DNA of 64,000 nt. It comes from Octopus sinensis (taxonomy: Eukaryota). The DNA lies in the NCBI RefSeq assembly GCF_006345805.1, contig NC_043011.1, positions 47,938,464 to 48,002,463 of the forward strand, written 5' to 3'. The notes under the pieces were generated by a model. It did no database searches, was not told the DNA's origin, and saw only the letters and a program-made list of their open reading frames with translations. The position numbers and the translations under genes were made by a program. Positions 62,427-64,000 of the stretch are shown piece after piece. Each line of letters begins with the position of its first letter. The first letter of the stretch is position 1.

Positions 62427-63371
62427 TTCATATACCCACAACAGATTAGACTTGGAAAAGTAAAAGCAACCCTGACATTGAGCTACAAGTAACCTTAGAT
62501 GCCAAGAACCCTCCTAAGTATCCTAGCTGTCCCTAATAACACTGTTTTCTGGAATTGTATTAAACTGGGTTTTATGTCTATTTCCTCAGTCCATCTGTTC
62601 AGATTATTATTATTTTTTTTTTTTTTTTTTGTGGCACACTTGTAACAAAGGATCAGTTTTTACTCTCTCTTTGAAACATGTTTTATTCAAGCATCAACTA
62701 TTGAAATTTTTATAGGAGTACTTGGAAAAAGAACTATAATTGTCTGAGGAAAACCTGATCTCAACAACATAGGGTAAACAAATTAACAGTAGCAACACAA
62801 AAAAACAGCAACAAACCCCTATTTCCAATGCACCACCTGTAAAATTCCCTGAGGATAACAAAGGAAATATATTTAGGTCAAGTATCACCAACAGGTGAGC
62901 AAATACTTCATTCCTTAGTAGTACTAACCTGCAGTAGCACACATTTACCATGTGGTGAGAAAGACATAATTGTAGATAAACTACGAAGGAGAAAAAGAAG
63001 AGCAAAATCATAATTAGAAGAAAGACAAGCTAAACAACACTGATGAGGAGGAGGGAGAGCTTTTTCTAAATGATAATGAAATTCTGCCCCATGGAAATAA
63101 TGAAGAAAATGCACGGAGCAAAGAGGAAGTAAGATGCATCTGTGAAGCCATAGATTCTCCACAGAAATTATAATGACATAAAACGGTTTGAGGGAAAATC
63201 AAAAAGATAAATTATTATTATTAGTAAAATTGAAATTAAGACATTATACTGAACTTAAAAACAAAAGAATGCCCTAAAAACCTTAATGTTTTCAAAACAA
63301 AGTATCTTTAAAAAATACTTAATGGTACATTTGGTTGCACTTGGAAACAATTTTTAAAATGGCTAAATGGT

Positions 63372-63450
63372 GCAGGAGTAGCTGTGTGATAAGAAGCTTG
63401 CTTCCCAACCACATGGTTTCAGGTTCAGTCCCACTGCATGGCACATTGAG
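63372..63450 (+). mobile_element. SINE family A head fragment
   Basis: GGAGTAGCTGTGTGATAAG..GGTTCAGTCCCACTGC. Confidence 0.75.
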
Positions 63451-64000
63451 CACCACATCTGCCACACACACACACTATTCAGATGCCACCACCATCAATA
63501 CCTTTGACTTCACCACGTTCCCCTCCACCACTATCACCACTGTCTTTCACATCATTTACACTGTTATACCTGACTGCCTCGGCTACCACCACCACCACCA
63601 CATCAGTACTGCCACCTCTGCCTCTATCACAACTACAGCTCATACCATTACTATCACTCCATTACCATCACAAAAAGGCTAAATGTGTGTATAAAAGGAT
63701 TATGTCCAGTATGTTAGTTCAGTGTTCAGTCCCTCTTTCTCTCACATACTCGCTCTTTCTCTCTTATTATTACCCCCACTGCCACCATCAACACTACTAT
63801 TTTTAATAAAAGCATCATCAACACTCCCTAAATCTCTGTCTCTTTTTCTTTCTCTCTCTGTCTTCATCACCACCCTTACTGTCTCTATGTCTACTATTAC
63901 TCTCACCCCAGCATGAGCAATAGTAGGAGTGTCAATAAATAGTCAAAATGTGACACACTGACACACAGATATTAGTTTTCACGTTTACTATATTAGATGT

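Overview
AT-rich, repeat-saturated eukaryotic DNA. Its tRNA-derived SINE families and microsatellite density look like a coleoid cephalopod (Octopus-like) genome; this is inferred from pattern recognition, not a database hit. Almost every ORF in the supplied track is a microsatellite or SINE artefact. The window contains four abundant interspersed repeat groups (labelled A/B, C, D and E/F here), MITEs of piggyBac, hAT and Tc1/pogo type, and decayed RTE, CR1 and R4/Dong-type LINE fragments, including a recognisable REL endonuclease at 58.9-59.3 kb. A chain of phase-compatible candidate exons on the minus strand suggests that most of the window is intron of one unidentified gene. The most striking signal is a set of short, mostly (TA)n-adjacent, non-coding elements from several unrelated sequence families that carry hammerhead-ribozyme cores (CTGAnGA-hairpin-GAAAC-palindrome-GTA). 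Three of them are arranged as head-to-head inverted (fold-back) pairs. The best case is a 471-bp near-perfect palindrome at 8323-8793 with a canonical type I hammerhead in each arm. These look like non-autonomous Penelope-like or retrozyme-like elements. Ribozyme activity, exon reality and exclusion of assembly artefacts all need checking.
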